A stretch of 64,000 bases of DNA from Gnetum montanum. Lineage: Eukaryota > Plantae > Gnetophyta. Location: positions 777,706 to 841,705 of the forward strand of contig MNCI01002989.1 of assembly GCA_015680685.1 (NCBI GenBank), in the 5' to 3' direction. Made by a program: the position numbers and the translations under genes. This document shows positions 51,953-64,000 of this stretch, piece after piece (positions within the stretch are counted from its first letter, which is position 1; each line of letters starts with the position of its first letter). Under the pieces are notes generated by a model, which saw only the letters and a list, made by a program, of their open reading frames with translations, ran no database searches and was not told the origin of the DNA.

Positions 51953-52042
51953 TTATATATAATATTTTTCCCATGCGTTGACTGGGCCTCATCGATAGGG
52001 CCTAGTCAATGTGGTTAGTTATGTTGATTGGGCCTAGTCAAT
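51953..52042 (-). promoter_or_regulatory. Internal promoter candidate: phased GTCGAC-derived hexamer array plus TATATAA
   Basis: Hexamers at 52037, 52023, 52005, 51991, 51977, then a TATA-rich box at 51953-51962. Confidence 0.65.
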
Positions 52043-53499
52043 GTGACTATTGATAATTGTTGACCAAGTCAAAATTTGAAAAATACAAGGATTTTTTGGG
52101 TAAAATTGGAATCAAATGAAAACCCAAGAAGCTAAGAACACAATGAGATACATGAAGAGGGGTTGAAATTTCACAAAATAGGGAGAATGATTGGAGAAAT
52201 ACCTTAAGGAGCACATAGTTTGATGTAACCAATGGGAAATGCAAAATATTTGATTGGAAAAAATATCTAAGGATAAGGGACTTAACTATCCCAACCACAA
52301 GACATGCAAGTGGGTTTTTCCCATAGCAGGCTCATGCCCTTTATTGCCCTTGCATAACCTTAAATAAGAAGTTTGTGGATCCCATAGTTGATTAATGCTT
52401 AGAAAAAGCTAAGGACCGAATTTGGAAGAATTTATCCAAGAATTTTAACATGTCAAACAAAGACATTCAAGAAAAATATGGAAACTAGCAGTGAGATAAG
52501 TTATGGAAAGCATTGATGGATGAGATAGAAAGTGGAATGGATTTCCCAATCATGAATTTTATGGTTAAATGACCCAAGAAAGCCCACCTTAGTCTAGATC
52601 AAAACCAACCACTTTTAGTGACTTCGCATCATCACTCTAGGATCGGTCCACCCCCTTGAGATACAAGCATGCTCCCATAGACAACCATCATTCCTTATTT
52701 GAGAAAAATAGAGAATCAAGAAGTGAGAAAGGGTCTTAGTAAGAGGGGACCTTCAAGCATGGGTAACGTATCTTTCTAGTCCCATAACTAGTGCTTGTAG
52801 CCTATTATTTTGTTTGAGTGTGCTTTGAATTTCCATCATGTATTTTTTTTTCAAATTTTATGTTTTTATGGATTTTTTGATGGGAACCACACTATGCAAA
52901 GACTTATTCAAGTTCCTGTTATTGGTTGACATGGAATGGTAAGAAATATACGAAAAAACATATACATTCAAGCTAGTAGAGAGGCACAAAGAGTATTGAA
53001 TCTCCTTAAAGTCACACCCTTTTCAAACCTTTGAATCTTTCCCAATTTGAAAACTACCAAGATTACAAATTCATTAAAGTTTTATTAATGAAAAAGGAAC
53101 CTCATAGTTCCAAAACAAGGATGATCATAGAGTTGGTGGATGGATGGATGATGTGGACTCATTGCCTACCCCATGAAAAAGAAACTTTTTCTTAGTCATT
53201 AGTTATCAAAATTTAATAATAGAAACTAGACATTAGCAATGAAAAATAATAGGTACAAACCACCATTAGTAAACAGCTATAGCATCATTGTGTCTTATTG
53301 GCAACAAAGGAATTTTATTAGAAAACAAGGAAAATTTACACCAAAATAAATGAAAATATAAAATAAATTGTAAAATATTCAAGAAAAATAAAACATACTA
53401 ACAATGTTGTAAAACAAAAATTTGGAAAAATAACAAAGTGTAAAACAAAAATATGTAAAACAAAAAAAGTATAAAATTTGAAGAGCCTATTTAATGATT

Positions 53500-56400
53500 A
53501 GCATGAATGGCCATCTACCCCATGATTGTGTTCAAAGAAGGAGATCCAAAAGATTTAGCATGGTTGTTCATTCAATGAGGCATTGATTTCACTAGCTTGC
53601 TTGGACTCATGGAAAGGTTTTAGTTATTGCATGTTGACCAGATGTTTTTTGTTTGGACTCATAGGTTTGTAAATTAACATGACCCCCAAAGGAAAGGTTT
53701 CATAAATGATGTAAGGCCCTTCCCACAACATTTGAAACTTAGTTTGTTGAGGTACATGTATGGGTTTCTAGTACAAGACCTTATCTCTAGGTAAAATTTT
53801 ACCTTTCGTATTCTAAGATCATGGCATTGTTTATTGAATGGATTGTGTAGTTCATTCAAAGACAAGGCTAGTAACTAATTTTTATCTAACATGTTAAGGT
53901 TGATTAATCTCTCTTTTTATGCTAGGCTCAGGTCAAGGTCTAGGTCATAAGCTATTGAAAGTGTATGGAGCTCGAATTGAATTGGAAGAGTTCATAATTT
54001 TTTGTAGACTAGCTCATAGGAAGAGTAGCCTATAGGGAACTTATATGTGGAGCAGTAGGTCCAAAGGGCATCGTTGAGTTTCATGCTCCAATATCTCCTA
54101 TATTTGCTAATTATTTAAGTTAAAGTATTGGTGATCTTTCTATTGGTAACCTTTGCTTGACCATTGGCTTGGGGATGGTAGGGGGTTGTTAGCTTATGTT
54201 TAACTTCCAAGTGTTACATGAGCTTGTGAAAGGTAGAACCTATAAAATGAGTATCATTATCAGAAATTACTACATGTGGTAGTCCATACCTATTTAAAAC
54301 ATTTTGTTGTACAAATTAAGCAATAGTGGAAGATGTATAGTTGGTGATGGCTACTTCTTCTACCCATTTTGTACAATAGTTAACAATGACTATTATGTAT
54401 AACTTTCCATTTAACAAGGGTGTGATGGGACCCATGAAGTCTATGCTCAAGATGTTAAAGGATGCCAGTGGTTGGATCCACTTCTGAGATTCCTTCATTC
54501 GAGTGATCATCCCATCATCTCATTGACAATGTTCACAAGAGCAGAAGAATTGGTGGGCATCCTTGAAAGTATTGGCCAATAGTACCCTATCATTAGGATT
54601 TTAGTGGCAGTGTGTCTCTTTGCATAGTGGTCCCCACAAGAACACTCATGAGCATCTTGGAGAACATGCAATTGAGTAGCATCAGGAACACATCAATGAA
54701 GGAGGCCATTGACACATATCTTGTAAAGGTGTCCATTAATCTCCATGAAGTGTTTGGCCTAATGAAGAAATTATTGTTTCTTCTAGAAGTCTAGGCCTTG
54801 TGGCATCTTTTGAGTAAGAAGATAAGTAAGGATGCCATCGTACCATTTTGGTTCAGTGGACACTTGTTCATTTATTGCATCAACAAAGAGGAGTTCATCA
54901 TGAAATTCATCGGAGAGTGAGCTCTCCTCTTCTTTATTATCTCATCATAACCAAGATAAGTGATTAGCGACCACATTCTCAGTTCCCTTTTGATCTACCA
55001 TTGTAATATCGAACTCCTGCAAGATCACTAACCACCATATGACATGGAGGCTCACCGTTGATCTATTAATTAGAAAGCAGATGGCATTGTGAGCAATGTG
55101 GATAAACACCTTGTATCCAAGCATATAGTACTTGAACATTTCCAAATCATACATCACAGCCATTAGCTCTTTCTCTATTGTGGTGTAATTGAGTTATGCA
55201 CCCACAATGTTTCAGCTTGCATAGTGGATGTAATATGGATATTTCTGATCATCCAACTACATAAGCACAACTCCTAAGGCATAATTTGATGCATCTTTCA
55301 TAATGTAAAATGGTTAGGACCAATCAAGTGCTCATAGAATTTAAGTCTCTACAAGCTTCTCCTTAAGTTGCTGGAATACCTTTTTTCATTCATTGGTCCA
55401 TATAAATGGAGCATCTTTCTTTATGAGCTCGACCAACAGTTTTGCAATCTTAGAGAAATTCTCTATAAATTGGTGAAGAAGTCATCTATGAAGACTTCCA
55501 TCCTATTATGAATATGTTGCTAAAAAATGCTTAGGACCAAGCATTGGAAAGTTGTAGGGGCATTGCACAAACCAAAGGGAATCTTACGATATGCAAAAGT
55601 CCCTCAAGGAATTATGAATGTTGTTTTGGACTAATCCTCGAGCATGATTTAAATTTGTTTATAGCCACTATAACCATCTAGAAAGATAATAGAAATGCCC
55701 GAAAATAGTGTCCAACACCTAGTCCATAAATGGCAATGAAAAATGATCTTTTAACATCCCCATGTTGAGAAGCTTGCAATTAATGTAGAGTTTCCACTTG
55801 CCATCTTTCTTTGGCCCAATTACAAGTGGGCTAATTCATTCACTATCTGTAATTAGATAGATGAAACTTACCTTGAGGAGTTGTTCAATTTCACCTTTGA
55901 TGATCTAATTTAATTTGGGATTCAGCTGCCATTGTGGTTAACTCTTTGGCTTCGTAGCTAGATTAATATAGATGTGATGTTGGCATATCCTATGAAGAAT
56001 CCCTATGAGTTTAGGATATGACCTAGTAAAGGCTATTGGCCATTTGTTGACCACCTTAAACAACATCTTTTGTTGCTCAGGAGCAAGGTTGACATTGATT
56101 ATCACTGACTTGCCATTTTTTAGAAATGCATATTCTATGCTAATAGGTAGAGTTTTCAAATCTAAGGGCTCATATTTAAAATTTTCAGAGATTTCCAACT
56201 CTTCATAATTGGTATCATCAGGTTCATCATCAGAGAGTTGGCAATGAACCCTCTCTAGTTCATCCATGTATTCAACATAGACAAAGTTAAGATCTCAGTA
56301 GGTTCCATGCAAAGTGTGCTTTTCTTAGCACTAGTTGTCAGCCACTAGATATCCTACTGTTTTGTGGTTGCTGTGTACAGGCACTTTTGGATTTCAAATT

Positions 56401-59390
56401 CGTTTGCACATTATCTACATGCTTTGATTCATGTGCTTTTAATAGACCAGAGTTTCTGTGCACAGCTGCACTTTTTATCATTGTATGTGATGCATGGAAC
56501 TCTCTTCTTCTTGATCTTTCCAAATGCATTTTCATTGAAAATATTTAGGAAAAGATCTCTAATGCTTGTTTGTGCATTGATAGTGGTCAACCAAGACCTT
56601 CCCATAATGATTAGGAAGTCCCCCTTGCAACTGTCAACTTTGATCACCAAGAAATCAATAGGATACGAACATCCATAGATAGTGGTCACAATGTCCTTCA
56701 CTAATTTCAAGGAAATAGTGATGGACTAATTTTTCAATTTTAAATAGATATTTCTCTTCTTAAGAGGAGGCAAGTTCTAGGAATTGTACATTTCATGGGA
56801 AATCAGATTAACACCAAAACCTAAATCATGAAGAGCCTTGCTTGGCTCATTTCCTACAATTTGCAAGTAGATGAGAGGACTTTCAAGATCAACTCTTTTC
56901 CTAGGAAGGTTGCTAACTTTGATTCAATCAAATACAACATCGGTTAACATGACTATGCGGATCTTGGGAGGTTTTTGGTTTAAAGACCTCTCAAAAGAAA
57001 TGGATGCAAAGGATGAAGGAGACACAAGGTGACCAGCTACATAAGGCAATGAAAGCTTTGTAGGACTATTGGTTCAAAAGAATGATCTTTTATGGGATCT
57101 AGGTTTTAACCCACTTAGTTGAGGAGTTGGTTGTAAGTTAATAGCCCTGGTAGTGTTACGTTATTATGGTTGCGCAAGAATTTTACCCTGCATGGATGGA
57201 GTATGTAGTAATTTGGTTGAGAGTGGAGGGACATGTGCTGAAGGCTGAGGAGGGTGATAAGGATATGGGGATTCCCCTCTAGGAGATGGAGAATGAGTTC
57301 TATAGTACTCTGGAGGGTAGTAGTGATGTTGAAAAGAAGTCTAACTGGAAGAGTCACACAGAAACATTGGTTACTGAACATAGTACTCATATTTATCTGG
57401 CTGCCTATAAGAATATTGCTACCTTGGTGGTGGCATCCCCCATGATTGTTTGGGTGAAGCCACTGATGGTACTACTCGTATGATTTTGGTGGAGCTCCAC
57501 TTGGATAATAAACTTTTTGTCACTAGTGGAACTACCTTGGGTTGCCTTGAGGATAAGACAAACTTCTAGGTTCTTGTCTTCATGCTAGTTTAGGATTCAC
57601 AGCATACACCCCAGATTCTTGTAAGTGTGACACAACTAGACAACATTCCTTAAGATGTTCATTTTGGTAGATGTCGCACCCACCATCATCATCTAATTCT
57701 AATTGCAAAACCTCTTCTATTGCAACAGATTTTTCCTTACCCCTTTGGTAGGCATGTTCAACTTCTTTTCTTTTCCTGCGGTCACAATCACTACCTTGTT
57801 TTAAGGATTTTTCTGTAATTTTTAGAGAAATTTGAAAATTTTTATCCAAATTTTCTTACATTTTATCAACCTTAGAAAAAATTGTAAACACAAATTTTTG
57901 AATTGGCAAGGTTTTTTGTTACATCACTTCATCAAGTGGTACCTCCCCCTCAATGTCATAGAATTGAACCTCCCTTTTTCTAATAGAAGGATCTCGATTA
58001 TACTCCTCATCATGTTCTTATTTTCTTAACTCATCTTCTTCTTTTGAAACCTATTGAATTAGCCTTTGAATATGATGGGCTCTTAGTTCTAAAAGTCTCC
58101 CTTGGGCATAGACCCCAAGAGTTTTCCTCATTTTTTATTGAAGCCCATCTATGCTATGGCGAAGCTGTTCCTGCTGAGAATAACCATGGCTAGGACATTT
58201 ATACAAAAGGGAATAATAGCTAACCATGGCTACATTCAAGGGTTCATGTGTTCCTTGTCACTAGCCTTGGATTTTCTTTCTCAAGTTGGGCACTCTAGAG
58301 TACATTTGGTATTTATCATTGAATAGCTCAAGCATCGTACTCCATCTGCAAATTGATTTTGGCTTCAAAGAGAGGTACCAAGTTTTTTCTTTTTTTATGA
58401 GTATCATGGGAAACAACTTAAGGTTTTTGCCAGTCATTTCCTATGTTCTACAAGGCACATGCATTGTGAAAGGCTTGAAGATGGATTTATGAATATAAGT
58501 TATATTTCCCCTCAAATCTGGGAATATTGTTCATATCCAACCTCTTGATTATGCTATCTTTCACATGCCTGGTTGGAATTTTGACTATCTCTGCAATGTT
58601 TAGCATGCTTCAAGTTGCTAGCAAAGGATCATCAGAAGCATAATTTTGATGATGCCTATGATATCCTTTGCTACTCCTTCATTCATGGCAAGACCTACAA
58701 TAACTGTCCCACCATTTATCTCCATCATGATTTCATCCCTTGTGATTTTGATCAGATTTGGAGGAGGAGGAAGAAGATGTAGGTGAAGAGGATAAAGAGG
58801 AAGAAGGACTGCCATCACCATGGTATCTACCACATTCTCTTCACTTTTCATGGCCACGATCATCAGGTTTATCGTCATCCCAATGCTTGCCTTGAGCCCT
58901 TGCCTTGATCCCACTTTTACTTGAACCTAGATTACTGATAGTGGATTGTAGATTCAAGTTCAAGCCCCCTTCATTAGAGTCAAGAAGTGTAGAATCTTCA
59001 TGTTGAGAACCCCTAGAGAAAGGTTTCTCATTGTTTCTATTTAGCAAGAATAAGGAGTTATTGAACCATTTACCATTCGTAGCTTCATGATGCTTCTCCT
59101 AGTGCCGATCTTGTTTTCATTGTGTATTTTTGGGATGGTAGTCCTGATAATCATGGTCTTGCACAATGTATTCATCATGAAGATCCTGGATTTCCAACCT
59201 CTTAAGTGTTTGGAGCAACATTAAAAGAATAGATCGGTTTGAAGTAACAAAACGTTGCCCTTTATATCTCTCCATCGTAGCTATTAATCTTGATGTAGGA
59301 TGAAGGTGAAATTAGGTACAAACTCATCTAGATGAGTGTACATCACTTTGAATTCTTGGAGCACTGGCAATTTTGATTCATCATAGCTAT
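53500..59390 (-). pseudogene. Athila-type gag-pol, decayed
   Basis: CDIYQNEHLKECC knuckle (ORF 57580-57849); KALHDLGFGVNLI protease (~56805-56840); EVFIDDF RT (~55478-55498); RNase H ORF 54945-55163 (WWLVILQEFDI...KGTENVVANHLS); integrase ORF 54316-54510 (IDFMGP...YCTKWVE). Confidence 0.92.
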
Positions 59391-59544
59391 GAGAAGAAGA
59401 CATTTTGAATTAAAGAAAAATTCAGTGTGCTTAAATTATAATTATAATAATTATTATTTTTGAATGATTGTGATCTTAGGGTTCATTCCAATGATCTTAA
59501 ATAATATTCACTAAGTCCTAGATAGTGCACGTGTCAAACTACAA

Positions 59545-59563
59545 GTCCCTAGCAATGGTGTCA
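59545..59563 (-). other. Primer-binding site, tRNA-Asp type (typical of Athila)
   Basis: Minus strand TGACACCATTGCTAGGGAC, a deaminated form of TGGCGCCGTTGCCGGGGA, 1 nt after the LTR end CATCA. Confidence 0.85.
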
Positions 59564-59564
59564 A

Positions 59565-60435
59565 TGATGATCGACGAGTGGACCCTATGTCCAATCATAC
59601 GAATCACTAAGTGCTCATGTGCAATCCAGTTGAATTCTATGGACTTATAGCCTTCTAAGTACATTGGTCTCTAGGAAGTAAAACTAACTGTTACAATCAT
59701 TATCTTCTAAATTACACTTGTGAAATGCAGAGGTATGGTTAAGTGTAACTGAGGCATATGGTTTTTATCATTTTTATGTTTTATACTTTAGGTCACCTAA
59801 GGGTAAAGAATAATATATAAAATAAAATAATTAAATTACCAATTGAATCTAACTAGCTACATCTAGCTAATTCTAACATAAGCAACCTTTTCACTTGCTG
59901 TACACATCTTGAACACATTTAATGCTACTAGGTTACTAAACATTAAGCATTACTAGGATTACCAAGTGCTAAGCGTATGCTTGAAGTGGTCGTACTTATG
60001 TGCTTAATTAATTATTATTTAATCTAGCTTAATTTAGCTTAATTACTTAAATCATTAAAGGAAATTATATAAAACATTAAATGCATAAAATAAAATTAAT
60101 TTTTTTCAAAGTGCTACAAGGTTTATCAGAAAGCTTGCCTTTATTTTTGCACATACTACTATGCTTAGGTGTAATAGTGCTTGAATAAAGATCCATACAC
60201 TCTTTGACTTCTATTGTGGGCACGTGGAAAAATATTCTAACCTTCAAGTAAGAAAACTACAAGAGCTTCGCTACAACTATGACCAAAGATGCCATAAACA
60301 TGGCAAGTGACTGCATATTTAGAGGCAAAAATTGACACTACGTCAACAAGGCCATGTCAATGCATCGGATCCCACATCGATGTGGCTACATTGATGGGGC
60401 CATGTTGACAAAATCCAAGAAAACATGACTCATCA
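59565..60435 (-). repeat. 5' LTR (871 bp)
   Basis: TGATGAGTC...GATCATCA termini; matches the 3' LTR. Confidence 0.92.
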
Positions 60436-63400
60436 CAAAGCAAATACAACACACTAAAGAGTTTGAATATCTTTAACATCCTCCATTAAACAAAGCATGG
60501 GATTTATTATAAATACTAGAAATTTAATTCTTTTCTAAACTTTTTGAAAATTTTAACACTTAATATTTAGTAAAACCATAGGCAAGTTGCTTGTTCATAT
60601 TGAAATGAACCAAAGAGATAAATCCTTCAACAAAGGCATGATAGATATAATGCAGAACAATTGTGATATGGCTTGTTCTCTCATGGAACATTCGATTTTT
60701 AATTAACATGATTACAAATCAGTTATCACAGAAGATTATGATTAATAATGAAACTTAGTTCTTATGTTCTCTAAATGATTGATGAAGCCATTTTAATTCA
60801 GTAAAAATATTTTTTGAGCCTTGAATTTAGATTTCATGGAAGAAAAAAAAACTATATTTTTTTGACCATCATGAGATGGTATTCCTGTGGTGTTTAATAA
60901 GAAAACAAGTGGTAGAATACTATGAAGATACATCATCATCATAGTTTGCATCTATATAGTCTTCCAAATCAACTTTTTAAAGGATAATTAAAATTCAATC
61001 CAGAATTAGTTGTATCTTTTAAGTATCTTAGTATATTGACAACTAAAGTCATTTGTATATTGGTTGATTTTTGATTGAATCTCGATAATAAGTTCAATGA
61101 ATATATAATATTTGGTCAAGTATTCATCAAATAAATTAGTTTTCTAATAAACTTTCAATACACCATGGGATAATAAATGGATTGAGAATCATCTACCCAT
61201 GGTATATTTCCTAAATCTAATGGTGTATAGCTTAATTTACAATCCATCGTACAAAATTATTTCAATAGATTCAAACCATACGTGGATCAATGAATTATAA
61301 ATTTTAAAATTGAAAAAATAGATAAGTAGACCTAGGTATGACATCTCAAATTTTATTTTCAACTAACTTTTAACTTGATTAATCAACTGATTATTCTTCT
61401 TAGTTATTACAATATCATCAACATATAGTACCATTATTACTATCCTCCATGAGTTTTTTATTTCTATAACGTAAATTATAGCATCTACATTTAATTATTT
61501 GAATATGAATTGATGAGTCATGAATTGTTGGCTATGATATCGCACCCATGATATCGCGTACACGATATCATGTACGTGATATCATAGCCTGTCTCCTCAT
61601 CTATAAATAAGAGGTAGATAAATTTGATAGGAGTTTAGAGAGTTTTTAGAAGTTTTTAAGTCTTGAAGTTTTAAGTTTTTAGTAGTTTCCTCTGAACCCT
61701 TTTCTCCCAGTGCATGCCCACAGTGTGATGATTGTAATTGTACGACATCCTTATTCGAGTGTGACGTCCTTGGACATGCACATGACCAGCAATAAAGATC
61801 GAGATTACTTCATCATTGCAGCATCCACTTAGCTTATTTATTTATTTATTTAATTGTCATTGTTATTTACTACTTTCTTAATTAATATCTCTCTACCCTT
61901 ATCTCCTAGTAACACAGAATGAGTACGACTTAATCACAAGCATTTAAGTGTGACTACTTGGTAACCTAGTACTTTACCTAGGCCATGCATTTGGTAATCC
62001 CAGCAGTAGTCATGCACAAGGTCCAAGATGTGTACGGATGATTAAGGAACGGATGCTCATCGCACTTAGGTTAGTTTATATTCTCTCTCACCCATTCTCT
62101 CTCCTAGTTTAGTTGATATTATTTACTATCATCCCCAGGAGTAGCATTAGTGTAGGAACACATCATACACCTCACTCTGGACTAAACCATATGTGACAAA
62201 GCTAATACTAGTCCAGGTGGGAAGACAATGAACTGTGATCTACGAGTAACCGTCTGGATACCACAACTAGTCCATCTATGGAGTTCGACTGGATCATGCG
62301 TGAAACAATCGTATTCGTATGGTTGAGTGTAGGGGTACCTCACCACTCATCATGAATTAAATAAAAATTCATCAAACTTGATGTATCATTCTTGGGAAAC
62401 TTGTTTTAATCCATAAAGAGACTTTTTTAGTATGTAGATATGACTAAAGATCATAGAGTCCATAAAGCCTATAGGTTAATACATAAAGATTTTTTTGTAT
62501 AGATCTCCATTTAAGAAAGAAGATTTAACATCAAGTTGATATAGCTTCTAACCATAAGAAGTAGATAAGAATAAACTACACTGTATAGTTCATTGCTTTA
62601 TGGTAGGTGCAAATGTCTTCTTATAATTGATATCTTTTATCTATACAAAATCTCTTATAACTAGTTGAGTCTTATATTTATTAACCATGTTATTAGGTTT
62701 CTTATTTATATGAAAAGTCGATTGACTTGTTAATATTTTCATTTCTGGTGAACTCTTCACCAGTTTCCATGTATTATTTTTCATTAATATATTATATTCT
62801 GGCTTCATTGCATCATACTAATCTTTATTTTAGATAGCCTCCTTCATACTCATGGATTGAATTATATCAAATATCATTTATAAATTAATCAAATTAGAAT
62901 TATTTTTTGTAATAAATATTTTCCCACTTCTAAGTATTTTCATTAGCATGTATTTACATATTCCAAATTTACTAGTTGTAGGTATTTTAATTGATTTTTA
63001 AACTATTGTGGTTATTGGTATATAGAAGAATTCTTGGGATTAGAGTTCTTATTTGTACTAGCTTCTATATCATCATCTTCCTACAAGGACAAAAATGATC
63101 ATGGCTCAATCTTTGGTTTTTTGTGGATCATCGTAGGAACAATAGGAAGTCTTTGACTTACAATGTTATCTAACTTTTAAAGTAATTTATCAAATAATAT
63201 ACCATGAGATTCTAAAATTTTTTGATCTTTGATATCATAGACTTGGTAGGTCTTGTGATTTAAACAATAATTGATAAACAATTCCATCATGACCTTGGAT
63301 CCAACTTAGCATGGTGTTCTTGTGGAACATAAACATAACATGATTTTTCAAATGGATGAAGATGAGATGTTAACACATGCTTAAGATAAGATAATTTTTC

Positions 63401-64000
63401 AATTGGAGTGGTTTATTTCAATGTTGTAGTTAGAATACTATTAATAATGTGAACAACATTGTATGTGGCTTCTATTCATAATAGTTTTGGTACTTGCATG
63501 ATACATCTTATCATCTTTGTTATTGATCTATTCTTTTTTTTTGTAATACCATTATGTTACGGTATATATGGTAACATGAATACTTGTTTTATACCATTAT
63601 TAATATAGTAGATTTTAAACTCATTTGAAGCATACTCACTACTACTATTAGATCTTAGGATTTTTATTTTTGTATTTTCTCTATTTTAGTCCTCATTTTA
63701 AAATGCTTTCTCCAACACTTGTGATTTATGTATTAGATCATAAAGTCATCTTGTTCAATAAAATCTTCGACAAAGATTATAAATATCTTTTATTTCTTGT
63801 ACCTTGTGGTGAAATGGATTACATACATTTGAATGTATAATTTTAAGTAGTCTTAATGTTTTTATTTAATGATGTCGTGAAAAGGGTAGATGATGCATCT
63901 TTTCAATCTTACATGATTTATAATCTACTCTTGATTATCATTAAATTTAAGAATTTCATGATAAAATTATTGCATTTTCTTTAAGGTTTTAACATTCACA
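60436..64000 (-). mobile_element. Old Ty1/Copia element (integrase-RT-RNase H, PPT, first 43 bp of the 3' LTR), running off the window end
   Basis: Minus strand P*HNGI integrase motif (~63545-63565), LYQLDVKS (~62522-62545), LYVDDI (~61412-61428), DYIDANY (~60943-60963), NTISWSK, FHERTSHI (~60665-60692); ATGGAGGA followed by TGTTAAAG at 60478. Confidence 0.9.
61511..62352 (+). mobile_element. Athila-related solo LTR (842 bp) inserted in the Copia RT
   Basis: Perfect 8-bp terminal inverted repeat TGATGAGT...ACTCATCA; perfect TSD TGAAT (61506-61510 and 62353-62357); TATAAAT at 61602; ends homologous to the other Athila LTRs. Confidence 0.95.

Larger units (their letters stand above)
47662..60435 (-). 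mobile_element. Near-complete Athila-like Ty3/Gypsy element (~12.8 kb) with accessory ORF; outer ~120 bp of the 3' LTR lost
   Basis: LTRs 59565-60435 and 47662-48379; Asp-type PBS; PPT ATGGGGGTA before 48379; gag-PR-RT-RH-INT order. Confidence 0.93.

Overview
AT-rich, CpG-depleted plant nuclear DNA from a large genome. A gymnosperm origin is inferred from the chitinase sequence and the old, heavily deaminated TE landscape. The only intact gene is a two-exon secreted GH19 chitinase (30438-31770, +), with a class IV-type catalytic domain and no hevein domain. It sits among nested, decayed retroelements: a Tekay-like chromovirus with a solo LTR inside its 5' LTR; a Tat/Athila-type fragment primed by tRNA-Asn; two Athila-like elements carrying an extra ~900-aa ORF; two pol-less non-autonomous LTR elements (CRM-like and SIRE-like); a Copia with an Athila solo LTR inside its RT; and a 5.1-kb L1 LINE with a 15-bp TSD inserted ~340 bp upstream of the chitinase ATG. 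Main signals: (1) 14-bp-phased arrays of palindromic hexamers in front of both the LTR TATA box and the internal TATA box of the Athila accessory gene, with a different core motif in a sister family, a candidate element-encoded factor plus cognate-site system; (2) an L1 ORF2 frame that continues ~450 codons past the zinc finger into an unknown region and a coiled coil; (3) a CpG-retaining W-box cluster pushed 5 kb away from the chitinase promoter by the LINE; (4) a U3 module shared by LTRs of apparently different superfamilies. All alignments and translations were done by eye. Coordinates are exact only where a motif is quoted.
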